This document shows positions 39,831 through 56,396 of a DNA stretch of 64,000 bases, piece by piece. The DNA is from the human T2T-CHM13v2.0 reference genome, Homo sapiens, in assembly GCF_009914755.1 (NCBI RefSeq), contig NC_060948.1; one strand, given 5' to 3'. Within the stretch, counting starts at the first letter, position 1. Each line of letters begins with the position of its first letter. The notes beneath the pieces were generated by a model, which did no database searches, was not told where the DNA came from, and worked only from the letters and a program-made list of their open reading frames with translations. The translations under genes and the position numbers were made by a program.

Positions 39831-42610
39831 AACAAGTCAGAACAAAATCACTGATATAATTTTTGTTGATAATTTATGGGGAAGACTGTCATGTAGTTAC
39901 TTTTACTTTATAATAAATTGATACTTTTTCTTCCGAAGTGTGGTAGAGATTTTTAGTTACACTCAAGGGTTTATGCCATTTGGGCATACTGACTTCCTTT
40001 CAAAAGCAGCCTTATGTGTTACCATATGAAATGGATATTTCTAGGTTCCTTGAGGGAGTTCACCTAAGATTTTCCCCTAGATATACAATACTGACTAGAT
40101 TTTTCCGCCTGTACAACACTTCATCTACATGAAATAGGTTAAGCCTTTATGGAAAATTTGAATTAGTAAAGGTTTAAAATGTTCATGAATTCATGAATGT
40201 TCCATGACCACACACCTAAAAAAAATAGAAGAAAAGAAAATAAAACACAGAAGTGTTTTAATTGAAGACAGTTGAATTGGAGTATCATTTACTGACATAA
40301 AGTAGGTGATGTTGGAAAGGCATGGCATTTCCTGGGAAGGCAAGTGACAATTGGGTTTACTGAATAAAACGGCTTCTGGGTTGATGCTGGATTGAGGCTT
40401 ATCTGTCAGCTTTGTTCTTTCTCTATACGTACTGTCTAGAGAGCACAAAATCAGGACCTGCCAAAACATACTGCAGAGCAGAGATGTCTCTCTGAGCCTA
40501 AGTTTTCAGGGGGTCCTCAGAGAGAGCTGATTGAATGGCATTCTTCTTGTTAGAAGGTGAGGGCTGAGGTAACAAGCGGGCAGGACAATTTGAGATGGAA
40601 GAAGAGGAAGAAAAAGTCTCTTTACCTCCAGTGTCAGCCTCCACATCCCTAGAGGTGCAGAGGAGTCTGTTTCTTGATCATAAGCAGGTCTAGATGGGAG
40701 GCCAAAAGAAAGTTGAAATCTGGGACAATTTCCAAAGGTAAAAGGAACTAAAGCTCAAACTAATGTCTCTATTGGGAAGGACTTACAGAAGGTGTTATAT
40801 CTAGAGTAGATCGACTTCAGAAAGTGGTTGAGAATAAACTAAAAATAAATGGTTTCCCCAACCAGTTACTACCAAGACGGAAGATCAGATGCGTACACAG
40901 AATAAGACACAAAAACTATGAGAATAAAAATATTTGGCATAGATATTATATGCTTAAAAAGGAAAAAAAAGAACAGCCTCAGGGAAAGTCTCAGTCTGTT
41001 TTGTGTCTGAAACCTTTCAGTTGCAGCTTCAGTTCTTATATCTAGAAGAGTATCGAATATGAAAGATGGTGCTTTGTTTTGTTTTGTTTTGCTTACCTCG
41101 AAAGTCAATATAAAGGTGTTTGGGAATTTTTTGTATAGGCTTACAACCTTTCTTTGTTTACTGGAGTTTCATGTCTTTGCAGGTGATGAAAGTATGTGCT
41201 CACACGTGGGTATTCAGTTCCATTCAAAGTTTCATCTCCTCTAATGCTATCGTGCCAACATCAATGTCCACCCCATAGACACCTATCACAGAAACTTGAG
41301 TCTGCCTCTGGCCAGTGCTGAGGCACAAACAGCTTTATGAGCAATTGACACTCCACAGAGGACTCACCCTTTGACATGATGAAGCAGGATATTTACTACC
41401 ACTTGGTAAACACATGTTTCTGCAAGGAAGGTCTATCATTTAAAAAATATCTTTCCACATTTTCGTTTCCCTGCACCTACTTTTAGAGTTTAAGTCCAGG
41501 AGAAATACAGTCTCAATGCCTGAGGTTAAAAATGGACAGTATTTAATCCTTGAAAACAATGTACATTGACTCATTCCTAGGGTTCACTTCATGGTGTGTC
41601 TCTTGCATCCAGGCATTGTTTTCTGAAACAATCTTTGCATGTCTGTTGCTATCTGTAATGCAAACTCCACTCTGGGACCTGATGGCACTTATTCAAATGC
41701 AAATTGCCACAAACTGCTTCCATCTTAAACTTATTCTAAGAAAGACAGCCCTAGCTTGAATAGAACATGAGAAGCCCAGTGATGACTACAGGGATCTTTG
41801 TTTCTCTGCAGCTACTTTCCTTTTTCACCTGCTTTCTTTTGGGTTCTCTGACATTCCTTGCACATCTCCTAGGCCTTTGCTATGCCTGGTGGCTCCCATT
41901 CATCCTTTTGATGCCTGCTTAGCCAAACTAGAGCAATTCACTCTGTTTGCTCACTCTCTTTTCCTCATCCACAGCAACTTGCATTTCAGATACCTCCCAC
42001 TAATTTCCTTTTAATTTCAACCTCTTGCTCCATTTCAAATCCCTGTCTGCCCTATCAGCTTCCAAGCTCCTTGAGTCTCGTTTTGTTTAGTTATTTGTCA
42101 TTTTTTCGAGTCAGACTGCCTGCATGTGTCTCTCCCACTATGAACAGTCCATGTAGTTCTGAGACATTACTTAATATTTTATGCCTCACTCTTCCATCTG
42201 TAAAATGGGGAGAGTACACCAATTGATTTATAAGATGAGGATTCAGCAGAATGATTCTGGAAAGTTGCTCGACACCTTGGCCTACTATGGATATTAACCA
42301 ATGTAATCCCAGTCCTACAACCAGATATTGAGGGGTAGAGGGAAGAAATTAGTATGTAATTTTCATGGCTGTAATTGACAAACTACAAAAGCATAAAGAT
42401 GGTCTCTTAGTTCCATAGGGCTGTTACACATCAATAGAACTTTGATAGAATTATGAGGCCCCCACAGTTCCAAAGTAATGTAAGTCCTTCTGTTTTATGT
42501 GATACATGGATAATTTTAATACTTAATACAAATTTTATACATTATATTAAAATTTTAATGAATAATTAAATTAATAATTTGTATTACAAACTACAACAAA
42601 TTGGTGTCCC

Positions 42611-42862
42611 TTTTTTTTTTCTTGAAAGAGACAGCATTTTGCTCTGTTGCCCAGGCTGGAGTGCAGCAGTGCAATCACAGCTCACTGTAGTCTCAAATTC
42701 CTGGGCTCAAGTGATCCTCCAGGCTCAGCCTCATGAGTAGCTAGGGCTACAGGTGCTTGGCACCACACCTGGCTAATTTTTATTTACGTAAAGAAGGGGT
42801 CTCACACCTGGATAATTTTTCTGTGTATAAAGAAGGGGTCTCACTATGTTGCTCAGGCTGAT
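42611..42862 (-). mobile_element. Partial AluJ with a ~40-bp internal tandem duplication
   Basis: CACACCTGG.TAATTTTT..TAAAGAAGGGGTCTCAC occurs twice (~42763-42845). Confidence 0.8.
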
Positions 42863-44017
42863 GTCTCTCTTTTCAATAGTGAATAAGAATTCAATGAATA
42901 ATGATAAAACTATTTCGTGATTGACCTCATTTTTAATCAGCTGTTTCTATTATCAGCACTATTGCTCCATCTTCCAAAGATAGTTATTTCAAGAAATATT
43001 ATTTTCGGTAAGCTTTAATGCTTGATGTGTTTTGTTTTAACAGGTTTTTTTGAGGCCATATGAAACAAAATAATTATATCTAATGGTCATTTTCTGCATG
43101 TTGGGACATGTAGTTAGAGTACATATGTCATCTCCAGATGCTACCAGGAATCACAAACAAAATGATGACTGTCATGATTCAACTTATGAATGTATGAAAC
43201 TTACCTTGAACTTAATGTTAAAAGGGTGTGTAATGAAGTGATATCAGTCTAACAGGTTTAGCTTCCAGTAGATCATAGATTTCAAAAAAAGACATCTTCC
43301 CAAAATAGGGTAAGTGGATACTTAAGTTGTACTTTACAGTATATTTAGATTTTTGGAGTGTTAAATTCACATTGTTCATTTGAGTATAATTTCATTCCAA
43401 CCACTCAGTCAAGAATATTCCAAATATCCACCCCAAAACCCCTAAATTAGGTATTCCTATGTGGCTGGTCTGTTGTCTCCCAACAAAGTGTATCAAAAAA
43501 CTATGAGATTCTCAATATGCTGACAGTAAAGATAAATCTGTAAGGATCCTGACTTTTAAAGTACACCAAAATTTACTTTCACCCTCTCGTGAATCAATAT
43601 CATAAAGATATAGGTACACAGAAAAAAAAAAATCCTAAGATGGAAACAGGTCCAAAGAATGACTGCATCTCTTCAGTGCTGTGTAGGAACATTAACTTAA
43701 TGGGGCAACCAATTTTGTTTTTAATTATTAAAAATGAAGGTAATTGTCTTTGACCATTTGATTATTACACTAATTAATTATTACACTATGAGAAGTCTCG
43801 CATTAACTTGTAGAAGTCTAATAAGTTGCAAATGGTTAGGGACAGGTAGGAAAATAAAATGACCTTAAAGATTATAGTTGTATTGCTCCTTAAAACTTTA
43901 ACTAGCTTTGGATGTAATTTACCCAAATGATTTCTGCATGTTTTCCCTCATTTTATGTAAATATCTGTATCTCAAAGGCTCATTTAAGTCAACTGGGTCA
44001 TTTTGGTATGTGCCTTG

Positions 44018-44491
44018 TGTGATGGTCAATATTAAATGTTGATTTGATTGGATTGAAGGATGGAAAGTATTATTCCTGAGTGTGTCTGTGAGGATGTTGC
44101 CAGAGGAGATTAACATTTGAGTCAGTGGACTGGGAGAGGAAGACCTACCGTCAATGTGGGTGTACACTCTCCAACTGGCTGCCAGTGTGGCTTGAGAAAG
44201 CAGGCAAAAGAAGGTAGGGAAGCTGATTTGCTGGGTCTTTTGTCTTTCATCTTTCTCCCATCCTAGATGCTTCCTTTCCTCAAACATCTCACTCCATGTT
44301 CAGCTTCCTGACTTTTGAGGCTTTTGGACATGGACTGAGCCATTACCGGCTTCTCTCTTCCCCAGCTTGCAGACAGCCTATTGCGGAACCACACCTTGTG
44401 ATCATGTGAGCCAATTCTTACTAATAAACTCTCTTTCATGTAGATGTAGATCCTATTGGTTCTGTTTCTCTGGAAAACCATGACTAATATG
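44018..44491 (+). mobile_element. MLT2B-like (ERVL) solo LTR inserted in a fossil exon
   Basis: TGTGATGGTCAATATTAAATG...GAAAACCATGACTAATATG; TSD CCTTG at 44013-44017 and 44492-44496. Confidence 0.9.
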
Positions 44492-44954
44492 CCTTGTTAA
44501 TGTGTTGGGTAAATATCTGACATAAATTCTTCATGTATCTCCATGATAGTCAGGTTTTTCACTGTTTGAACACTTTATGCTTTGGCAGTGGTATAATGAT
44601 CTCCAAAAAAGAGATCCTACCATGTGGTTAAGCAAATTTATATTTTTCTTACCTGTAGTTGTTGAGTGAACTTGGGTGTGTTGTCTAATTTTTCTAAACC
44701 ACTCAGCTTGTTAGTCTCCACAATGAAGTTTGCATGGCACAATGTGATCCAAACACGACAGCATCTGGTATATAGCACACAATCCATCATATTAGGACTT
44801 GCATGTATTAGTTTACTTTAAGATAATATGGCAGAATAATGCCTGTCTCTCCTCTGTCATCATACTTCCCTGTGGATTGCTGAGCAAAGAGAAAACTGTA
44901 CTATGGTGTTCCAAAAAAGATTCATCATTTAAAGGTGGAAGAAATAAACTGCTA

Positions 44955-45745
44955 TGACACCTTTCTAAAGATGACATACACATGACCAACAAGCATTATA
45001 AAAAATGGTCAATATCACTAATCATTAGAGAAGTGCAAATCAAAATTACAGTGAAATACCATCTCCACCAATCAAAATGACTGTTATTAAAAAGTCAAAA
45101 AGCAACAGATGCTGGCAAGACTGTGGAGAAAAGGGAACATTTATACACAGCTTGTGAGAATGCAAATTAGTTCAGCCACTGTGGAAAGCAGTGTGGTGAT
45201 TCCTCAAAGAAATTAAAACAGAAGTATCATTTGACCCAGAAATCCCATTATTGGGTATATTCCCAAAGGAATATAGTTGATTCTAACATAACGACACATG
45301 CACATGTATGCTCATTGCAGCACTATTCACAATAGTAAAAACAGGGAATAAACCTACATGGCCATAAGTGGTAGACTGGACAAAGGAAATGTGGTACTTG
45401 TATATCATGGAATACTATACAGTCATAAAAAACAACAAGATAACGTCCCTTGCGGCAACATGGATGGAGCTTAAGGCCATTATCCTAAGAGAATTAACAC
45501 AGAAACAGAAAACCAAATACCACATCTTCTAATTTCCAAGTGGGAGCTAAATATTGAGAAGATGTGAACACAAAGAAAGGAACAACAGATACGCGGACAT
45601 ATATGAGAGTGGAGGGTGGGAGGAGGTACTATTACCTGGGTGACAAAATAATCTTTACATCAAACCCACATGACACACAATTTACTTTTATGACAAACTT
45701 AAATATGTACCCCTGAACCTAAAATAAAAGTTAAAAACCAAAAGG
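44955..45745 (+). mobile_element. Old primate L1 (L1PA15/16- or L1PB-like) 3' portion
   Basis: ORF2 C-terminal remnant (CACTAATCATTAGAGAAGTGCAAATCAAAA) through the 3' UTR and AATAAAAG. Confidence 0.88.
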
Positions 45746-47134
45746 AAAAAGAAGTAGCAAAGGAGGAGAGCAGAGCAGATAAAGGAAGCACAATTGATCT
45801 GGATTTTAAAGACAGTCTTACAGAAGTTGATTGATCCTCCCTGGGCAAGAGATGGCTTAACTATCCCTGCTTCTTACTATTCCTGTTCTTGACATCAATT
45901 ATTGTTGGTGTCTTTTTCCTTAGCAAAGTCCTGATGTAGCCTGGGATATCTTTGCAACCCCAGGCTCCAGGCAGCCACTCTTTGAGGTGTTCAGAGCTGA
46001 TTTGTGATGTAAGACTTCTATTCCCACCCTTTCTGTGTCTGTTCCTGCAATTTAAGAGATCACTTGCAGATATCCTCTTGATTCAACTCACACCAGAAAA
46101 CTGATCTACTTCTGAATGTGTGCTTTAATAATTTAGGAAGCTGTTACAGTCACAAACACGGATCATACAGTTGCTAAATCCAGAAAGAAATATTTGGGAT
46201 TCTATAAATCAGTGGGAAAGTCCTATGTCATATCAATTATGTAAATTGTGGAATACTCTGTGGGTATACAATAAATTGGACAATAGCTGGAAGCCTGAGA
46301 TTTAAGATTTTTTAAAAATTCCATTAAAAATAAAATGTAACAGAGGTTTTGCAAGTGGTTTTTGTTGTTTTGTTTTTTCATACTGCTGTAGTGTTTCTAT
46401 GCAGTCAAATATTTGGAGCAAAGATATGAATATGTGTAAAAATTTTAGATGCATATGTGTAAATTCCCTTCCACAAAACTGGTAATCACTTAAAATTCGA
46501 ATGTGCATGTATGTAATCTTTTACTTTCAGTTATCTTCAAAAAAATTCCACCACTTTGTAATGCTTACCAGTTTAATAGACAAATTTTGAATCTGACTAA
46601 AAGTTCTGCTTTGTAATGTACACTGACTTTTGATGTTGGTTATGTTTTTTAAACTTTCTTTGTTTGGATTTTAGTTTTTGTGACTTCTACAACTTAACAA
46701 TTTGGGGTGCTGTCTTCTTCCAAATATTTAATAAATTCTTATTCTGTCTTCTTCTAGTTGTTTCTGTGCATTGGTTTGTAATTTTACTTATTTGTACATC
46801 ATGATATCTCATTCTAAATATTTAAATCCAAATTTTCTTTCAACTCACTTGCCAAAGGCAGTGATACAATGCAATCAATTATTCCTGAAGGAGTTTTTCT
46901 CACCAAGGATGTTTCCTTCAAAGAAAGAGGAGCAGAGATTAAATCAATTGGTTACAAGGAAGATAACAAACTAGAGTGCCTTCCTCTTAACCCCTTCGGA
47001 CATCAGTGACTAATACAGAACAAAGTCTACCCAGTACTTGTTTCTGTCCTGGTTCAATCAAACAGTGGTGCCATTTTACAGAAAGTCAAACATGCTTTTT
47101 TTTTTTCAGGCTTCTTCCCCCCTGCCCCCATTTT

Positions 47135-47408
47135 CCTAGCTCTGTCACCCAGGCTAGAGTGCGGTGGTGTTATCATAGCTCACTCAGGTCTGAACTCCTG
47201 GGCTCAAGTTATCCTACCGCCAAAGCCTCCCACATAGCTGGAATCGTAGGTATGAACAACTATGCCCAACTATTTCTTTTGTATTCTTTGTAGAGATGAG
47301 ATGTCATTACATTGTCCAGGCTGGTCTAAAACAACTGGGCTTAAGCCATCCTCCTGCCTCAGTCTCCTAAAGTGTTGAGATTACATGGATGGAGACCATG
47401 CCTCGCCT
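47135..47408 (-). mobile_element. AluJ
   Basis: Diverged dimer. Confidence 0.82.
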
Positions 47409-47514
47409 CCACGCTGCTTCTTCTGTTTTTCATGAAAATTTTCTTCCCAGTTTGCTAGATGGTTCACTGTGCTGTATCTCTAAAAAAGAAATCAATTTAA
47501 GAAAATATTTGTTT

Positions 47515-48200
47515 AGAAAAGTAAAATAATAACAGGTGTTGGTGAGTTTGTGGAGGAAGAGGAATATTCCTACTTTGTTGATAGGAAATTAGCTCAGCCA
47601 CTGTGGAAAGCAGTTTGAAGATTTCTCAAAGAGCTTAAAACACTTACCATTTGACTGAGCAATTCTATTGCTGGGCATATACCCAAATGAAAATAAGTAA
47701 TTCCACCAAAAGAGAGCAGCGCTTGTCTGTTTATCGCAGCATTATTCACAATGACAAAGACATGAAATCAACCTAGATGCCCATCAACAATCAATTGGAT
47801 TTTTAAAAATGTGATACATAGATACCATGAAATACTATGCAGCCATAAAAAAGATCATGCCCTTTACAGGAAGAAGGATGGAGTTGGAATCCATTATTCA
47901 AAGCAAACTATACCAAAATGGAAAACCAAATATCACACATTCTCACTTATAATTGGGAACTAAATATTGAGTACACGTGAACACAAAGATGGGAACAACA
48001 GACACTGGGGACTACTTGGCAGAAGGGTGAAGGGAAGCAAGGGTTAAAAATCTACGTGTTGGGTACTATGCTCAGTACCTGGGTAAAAGGATAGTTCATA
48101 CCCCAACTTCAACATCATGCAATATACACATGTAACAAAACTGTATATGTATCAGCTGAACCCAAAATAAAAATTGAAATTGTATTTAAAAAAATAAAAT
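47515..48200 (+). mobile_element. Old L1 3' portion
   Basis: CAGCCACTGTGGAAAGCAGTTTG...TTCTCACTTATAATTGGGAACTAAA...AAATAAAAATTG. Confidence 0.85.
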
Positions 48201-48637
48201 AGATGTTTTCAGACTTAGTGACAGTAAAAGAAGATCACGACTTCTAGTAATGAAAGTGGAGCAACATTATAAGTCTAATCCAGTGGGAATATGAAGTATT
48301 CATGTATTGCATATGATTCTCTTGTCCAACAATTAATGTTTGGAAAGAGGTCACTTGACATCCCTTATTGTTTTAGAAATTGTATTTTTTAGTGCAAATG
48401 AAAGCACTTCAAAAATGATGTGGTATAATATGAAGTAAATGAATATAGACATTATTACCATCACCTGGCACTGAGAGGAAGGAACCCTCCAGTAGAGAGG
48501 AATGGTCTAGGAGAGCTTGGTTTCATTGGTAAGATGCATACTGTGGAGTGACATGAAATTTACTACGGCTCTCTACAAACAAATAAGATTTTCTCTTTCC
48601 TAAATGTCTTGTTCCACCCTTTTCCTGCAATCTGAAC

Positions 48638-48960
48638 AGCTAAGCAAAGTCTCCCTTCTTTGTTAAATATTGTTGTTGTTAATTTTTGGATAAAACTTCA
48701 TGGATCATCATTTACTACTGTTATAGGAAGTAACTTGTACATGATTGGGTATGGATGCTTATGTATATATTATATATTAAGTTTAAATTTGGGTATAAAT
48801 AGAGCTAAGCAGTCTCCTTTCTTTGTTATATATTGTCATAATTTTTGGATAAATCTTCATGGATCATCATTTACTACTGTTATAGGAAGATACTTGTACA
48901 TGATTGTGTATGGATGCTCATGAAATATTATATATAAAGTTTAAATTTGGATATAAATAC
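48638..48960. repeat. Local tandem duplication, two diverged ~160-bp copies
   Basis: AGCTAAGCA..GTCTCC...CTTCATGGATCATCATTTACTACTGTTATAGGAAG...AAGTTTAAATTTGG at ~48638-48801 and ~48802-48960. Confidence 0.9.
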
Positions 48961-49636
48961 AAATATGCATATAAATATATATGTCCACTTCCAGACCAGT
49001 ATAGCAGACTGAATGTTGAAAAACCCTGTCTTTAAATTAGTATAAATCAAAATGTTTTTTGCATCAATTAAAATATTACATGGTTAAGCTGTGCATTTGT
49101 AAAAATAATTTACTCTTTGCATTTAAAAATTAATTTGCTCTCTCTGTTTGAATTTTTTTAACTTCATTAGTTAGGTAAATGCTTCATAGGGTAGTGGGCT
49201 GGTTGCATATGTTGTAGGAAACACAAAAATGAACGAGATAAATCCCTGACTCAGTAAGCTTATATCACAGGGCCTAAGATTTTACACATTTTGTTCTTCA
49301 ATTACATTATGCATTACAGTCATTTTAAAATATTTAAAGAATTGAAACTGCAAAATTTATTTTTAAAAATCAATTAAATATCTGCTTTCAGTTTATTCTA
49401 AATGGTCAATAATACAGTTTTTTTTTTTTTTTTTATACTTTAAGTTTTAGTGTACATGTGCACATTGTGCAGGTTAGTTACTTATGTATACATGTGCCAT
49501 GCTGGTGCGCTGCACCCACTAACGTGTCATCTATCATTAGGTATATCTCCCAATGCTATCCCTCCCCCCTACCCCGACCCCACAACAGTCCCCAGAGTGT
49601 GATATTCCCCTTCCTGTGTCCATGTGATCTCACTGT

Positions 49637-53503
<3,867 letters not shown>

Positions 53504-53539
53504 TTAGTTGATGCAGTTTCTTCCTAGTCTCGATGGTCT

Positions 53540-54556
53540 TTACATTTTGGCATGATTTTGCAGCGGCTGGTACCGGTAGTTCCTTTCCATGTTTAGCGCT
53601 TCCTTCAGGAGCTCTTTTAGGGCAGGCCTGGTGGTGACAAAATCTCTCAGCATTTGCTTGTCTATAAAGTATTTTATTTCTCCTTCACTTATGAAGCTTA
53701 GTTTGGCTGGATATGAAATTCTGGGTTGAAAATTCTTTTCTTTAAGAATGTTGAATATTGGCCCCCACTCTCTTCTGGCTTGTAGGGTTTCTGCCGAGAG
53801 ATCCGCTGTTAGTCTGATGGGCTTTCCTTTGAGGGTAACCCGACCTTTCTCTCTGGCTGCCCTTAACATTTTTTCCTTCATTTCAACTTTGGTGAATCTG
53901 ACAATTATGTGTCTTGGAGTTGCTCTTCTCGAGGAGTATCGCTGTGGCGTTCTCTGTATTTCCTGAATCTGAACGTTGGCCTGCCTTGCTAGATTGGGGA
54001 AGTTCTCCTGGATAATATCCTGCAGAGTGTTTTCCAACTTGGTTCCACTCTCCACATCACTTTCAGGTACACCAATCAGACGTAGATTTGGTCTTTTCAC
54101 ATAGTCCCATATTTCTTGGAGGCTTTGCTCATTTCTTTTTATTCTTTTTTCTCTAAACTTCCCTTCTCGCTTCATTTCATTCATTTCATCTTCCATTGCT
54201 GATACCCTTTCTTCCAGTTGATCGCATCGGCTCCTGAGGCTTCTGCATTCTTCACATAGTTCTCGAGCCTTGGTTTTCAGCTCCATCAGCTCCTTTAAGC
54301 ACTTCTCTGTATTGGTTATTCTAGTTATACATTCTTCTAAATTTTTTTCAAAGTTTTCAACTTCCTTGCCTTCGGTTTGAATGTCCTCCCGTAGCTCAGA
54401 GTAATTTGATCGTCTGAAGCCTTCTTCTCTCAGCTCGTCAAAATCATTCTCCATCCAGCTTTGTTCCGTTGCTGGTGAGGAACTGCGTTCCTTTGGAGGA
54501 GGAGAGGCGCTCTGCGTTTTAGAGTTTCCAGTTTTTCTGTTCTGTTTTTTCCCCAT
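53540..54556 (-). CDS. L1 ORF1p, intact (338 aa)
   Basis: MGKKQNRKTGNSKTQSASPPPKERSSS...QPLQNHAKM, full canonical length. Confidence 0.97.
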   Translation of the reverse strand: MGKKQNRKTGNSKTQSASPPPKERSSSPATEQSWMENDFDELREEGFRRSNYSELREDIQTEGKEVENFEKNLEECITRITNTEKCLKELMELKTKARELCEECRSLRSRCDQLEERVSAMEDEMNEMKREGKFREKRIKRNEQSLQEIWDYVKRPNLRLIGVPESDVESGTKLENTLQDIIQENFPNLARQANVQIQEIQRTPQRYSSRRATPRHIIVRFTKVEMKEKMLRAAREKGRVTLKGKPIRLTADLSAETLQARREWGPIFNILKEKNFQPRISYPAKLSFISEGEIKYFIDKQMLRDFVTTRPALKELLKEALNMERNYRYQPLQNHAKM

Positions 54557-55011
54557 CTTTGTGGTTTTATCTACTTTTGGTCTTTGATAATGGTGATGTA
54601 CAGATGGGTTTTTGGTGTAGATGTCCTTTCTGGTTGTTAGTTTTCCTTCTAACAGACAGGACCCTCAGCTGCAGGTCTGTTGGAATACCCTGCCGTGTGA
54701 GGTGTCAGTGTGCCCCTGCTGGGGGGTGCCTCCCAGTTAGGCTGCTCGGGGGTCAGGCGTCAGGGACCCAATTGAGGAGGCAGTCTGCCCGTTCTCAGAT
54801 CTCCAGCTGCGTGCTGGGAGAACCACTGCTCTCTTCAAAGCTGTCAGACAGGGACACTTAAGTCTGCAGAGGTTACTGCTGTCTTTTTGTTTGTCTGTGC
54901 CCTGCCCCCAGAGGTGGAGCCTACAGAGGCAGGCAGGCCTCCTTGAGCTGTGGTGGGCTCCACCCAGTTCGAGCTTCCCGGCTGCTTTGTTTACCTAAGC
55001 AAGCCTGGGCA

Positions 55012-55227
55012 ATGGCGGGCGCCCCTCCCCCAGCCTCGTTGCCGCCTTGCAGTTTGATCTCAGACTGCTGTGCTAGCAATCAGCGAGATTCCTTGGGCGT
55101 AGGACCCTCTGAGCCAGGTGTGGGATATAGTCTTCTGGTGCGCCGTTTTTTAAGCCGGTCTGAAAAGCGCAATATTCGGGTGGGAGTGACCCGATTTTCC
55201 AGGTGCATCCGTCACCCCTTTCTTTGA
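55012..55227 (+). CDS. L1 ORF0 (antisense 5' UTR ORF), intact 71 aa
   Basis: MAGAPPPASLPPCSLISDCCASNQRDSLGVGPSEPGVGYSLLVRRFLSRSEKRNIRVGVTRFSRCIRHPFL matches primate ORF0. Confidence 0.88.
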   Translation: MAGAPPPASLPPCSLISDCCASNQRDSLGVGPSEPGVGYSLLVRRFLSRSEKRNIRVGVTRFSRCIRHPFL

Positions 55228-55878
55228 CTCGGAAAGGGAACTCCCTGACCCTTGCGCTTCCCAGGTGAGGCAATGCCTCGCCCTGCTTCGGCTCACGCAC
55301 GGTGCGCGCACACACTGGCCTGCGCCCACTGTCTGGCACTCCCTAGTGAGATGAACCCGGTACCTCAGATGGAAATGCAGAAATCACCCGTCTTCTGCGT
55401 CGCTCACGCTGGGAGCTGTAGACCGGAGCTGTTCCTATTCGGCCATCTTGGCTCCTCCTCCCAGATTTTTTTGATGTGTTTTTTTTTCCCTAAGAAGAAC
55501 AAAATAAACATTGTACTTACCAGATTTTAAGCGTCATCCTGTTTAGATGCATTTTACATAATATTTTCCATGCACTAAGAAAGATAAGAATATTTCTATC
55601 TTTAAATTTATTTTTACCTATCCTGCAATCAATTTATCTTATGGAATCACTGGCTTGTCTATAGTAAAATACAGAAGCAATGATTACTTTTGCACTTTAT
55701 TGTTCAGTATTTTGTGGTGAGTTTCTGAGTGAACTAGTTAATGTTGTTATGGAGACATTATACTTTAACCAAAGTGATTTAGTTTGTTTCATACATCATG
55801 TAGTGCTATTGCTCTAATCTGTTTGATTCTGGAGTTTGCTTATGAAGCCAAGGAAAATTTATACCTTATGGAACTCAC

Positions 55879-56396
55879 CCAAGGACAAGATAAGAATGAA
55901 GAATTAGTCAAGAAGGCAGAATAGCTTTGATGTACTTCATCTCTGAGTCATTCTAATTGGATTCTGGTTTCTATCCGTGACCAACCAATGCTTAAATAAG
56001 TGGGGAAAACATTGCTTTCACCTCTGAGGCCAGCGAAATGATGACTAATTGGTTGCACAACAATCTGTTACAGACCTTCTGCTTGAAAGGTTATTACCCT
56101 TCTGCTGTCCTTCAGCAGAAACATGATTAGTTTTCAAACCCTTGTTTATTTAACTCAGTCATCCTATGTAGCTTTCTCTAGTGGATTCAGTAATATACCT
56201 TACAAATGGATTTCAGATATTGAAATAGAAATAGCCATTTAACTCCTTGAAAACAAATTTGGTAAAAGGAAGACAAAAGAATAGTCCTTAATTTACTAGT
56301 GAATGACCACACATAAGTGTTCTTAGAGAAACCACTTACCTGTTGTTTATTGAATAAGGTTAAGGTTCCTCCCTTCTCAGCTCTTGGGAAAGTTTG
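55879..56396 (-). pseudogene. Fossil exon cluster: 56340-56396, 56199-56245, 56022-56163, 55879-55990
   Basis: Strong acceptor TCTCACTTTCTCAG and donor CAG|gtaagt; chain QTFPRAEKGGTLTLFNKQQ|ELNGYFYFNI*NPFVR|MTELNKQGFEN*SCFC*RTAERVITFQAEGL*QIVVQPISHHFAGLRA|LVGHG*KPESN*NDSEMKYIKAILPS*LILHSYLVLG. Confidence 0.55.

Larger units (their letters stand above)
37275..41737 (-). pseudogene. Fossil exon cluster: ~41570-41737, 41368-41419, 41145-41282, ~40293-40470, ~39900-40124, 39378-39467, 38080-38174, 37807-38016, ~37275-37456
   Basis: Phase-compatible chains TLHEVAEARDLKMQTNELVFFFSEKRKQPE|IKANQKI*ISLIFSLKINFSGPYDSIASNIRK|FQVLSGILDSSYCWGCFRHILDEVFTQCGRIYVEGQNNLAFF*IRGKKISKL**KLSPFLP*VSLLRYL (last four stops all TGA) and TCVYQVVVNILLHHVKG|CLWGGH*CWHDSIRGDETLNGTEYPRVSTYFHHLQRHETPVNKER; donors gtgagt, gtaagc, gtaagc, gtaagt. 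Confidence 0.68.
43205..46140 (-). pseudogene. Fossil exon cluster: 46094-46140, 45878-46044, 45822-45840, 44653-44764, 43923-44616 (split by MLT2), 43205-43248
   Basis: Open chains LPKLLKHTFRSRSVFW|NRHRKGGNRSLTSQISSEHLKEWLPGAWGCKDIPGYIRTLLRKKTPTIIDVKNRN and CCRVWITLCHANFIVETNKLSGLEKLDNTPKFTQQLQ|DLFFGDHYTTAKA*SVQTVKNLTIMEIHEEFMSDIYPTH*QG[MLT2]TYQNDPVDLNEPLRYRYLHKMRENMQKSFG; donors gtaaga (x3), gtaaat, gtaagt. Confidence 0.7.
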
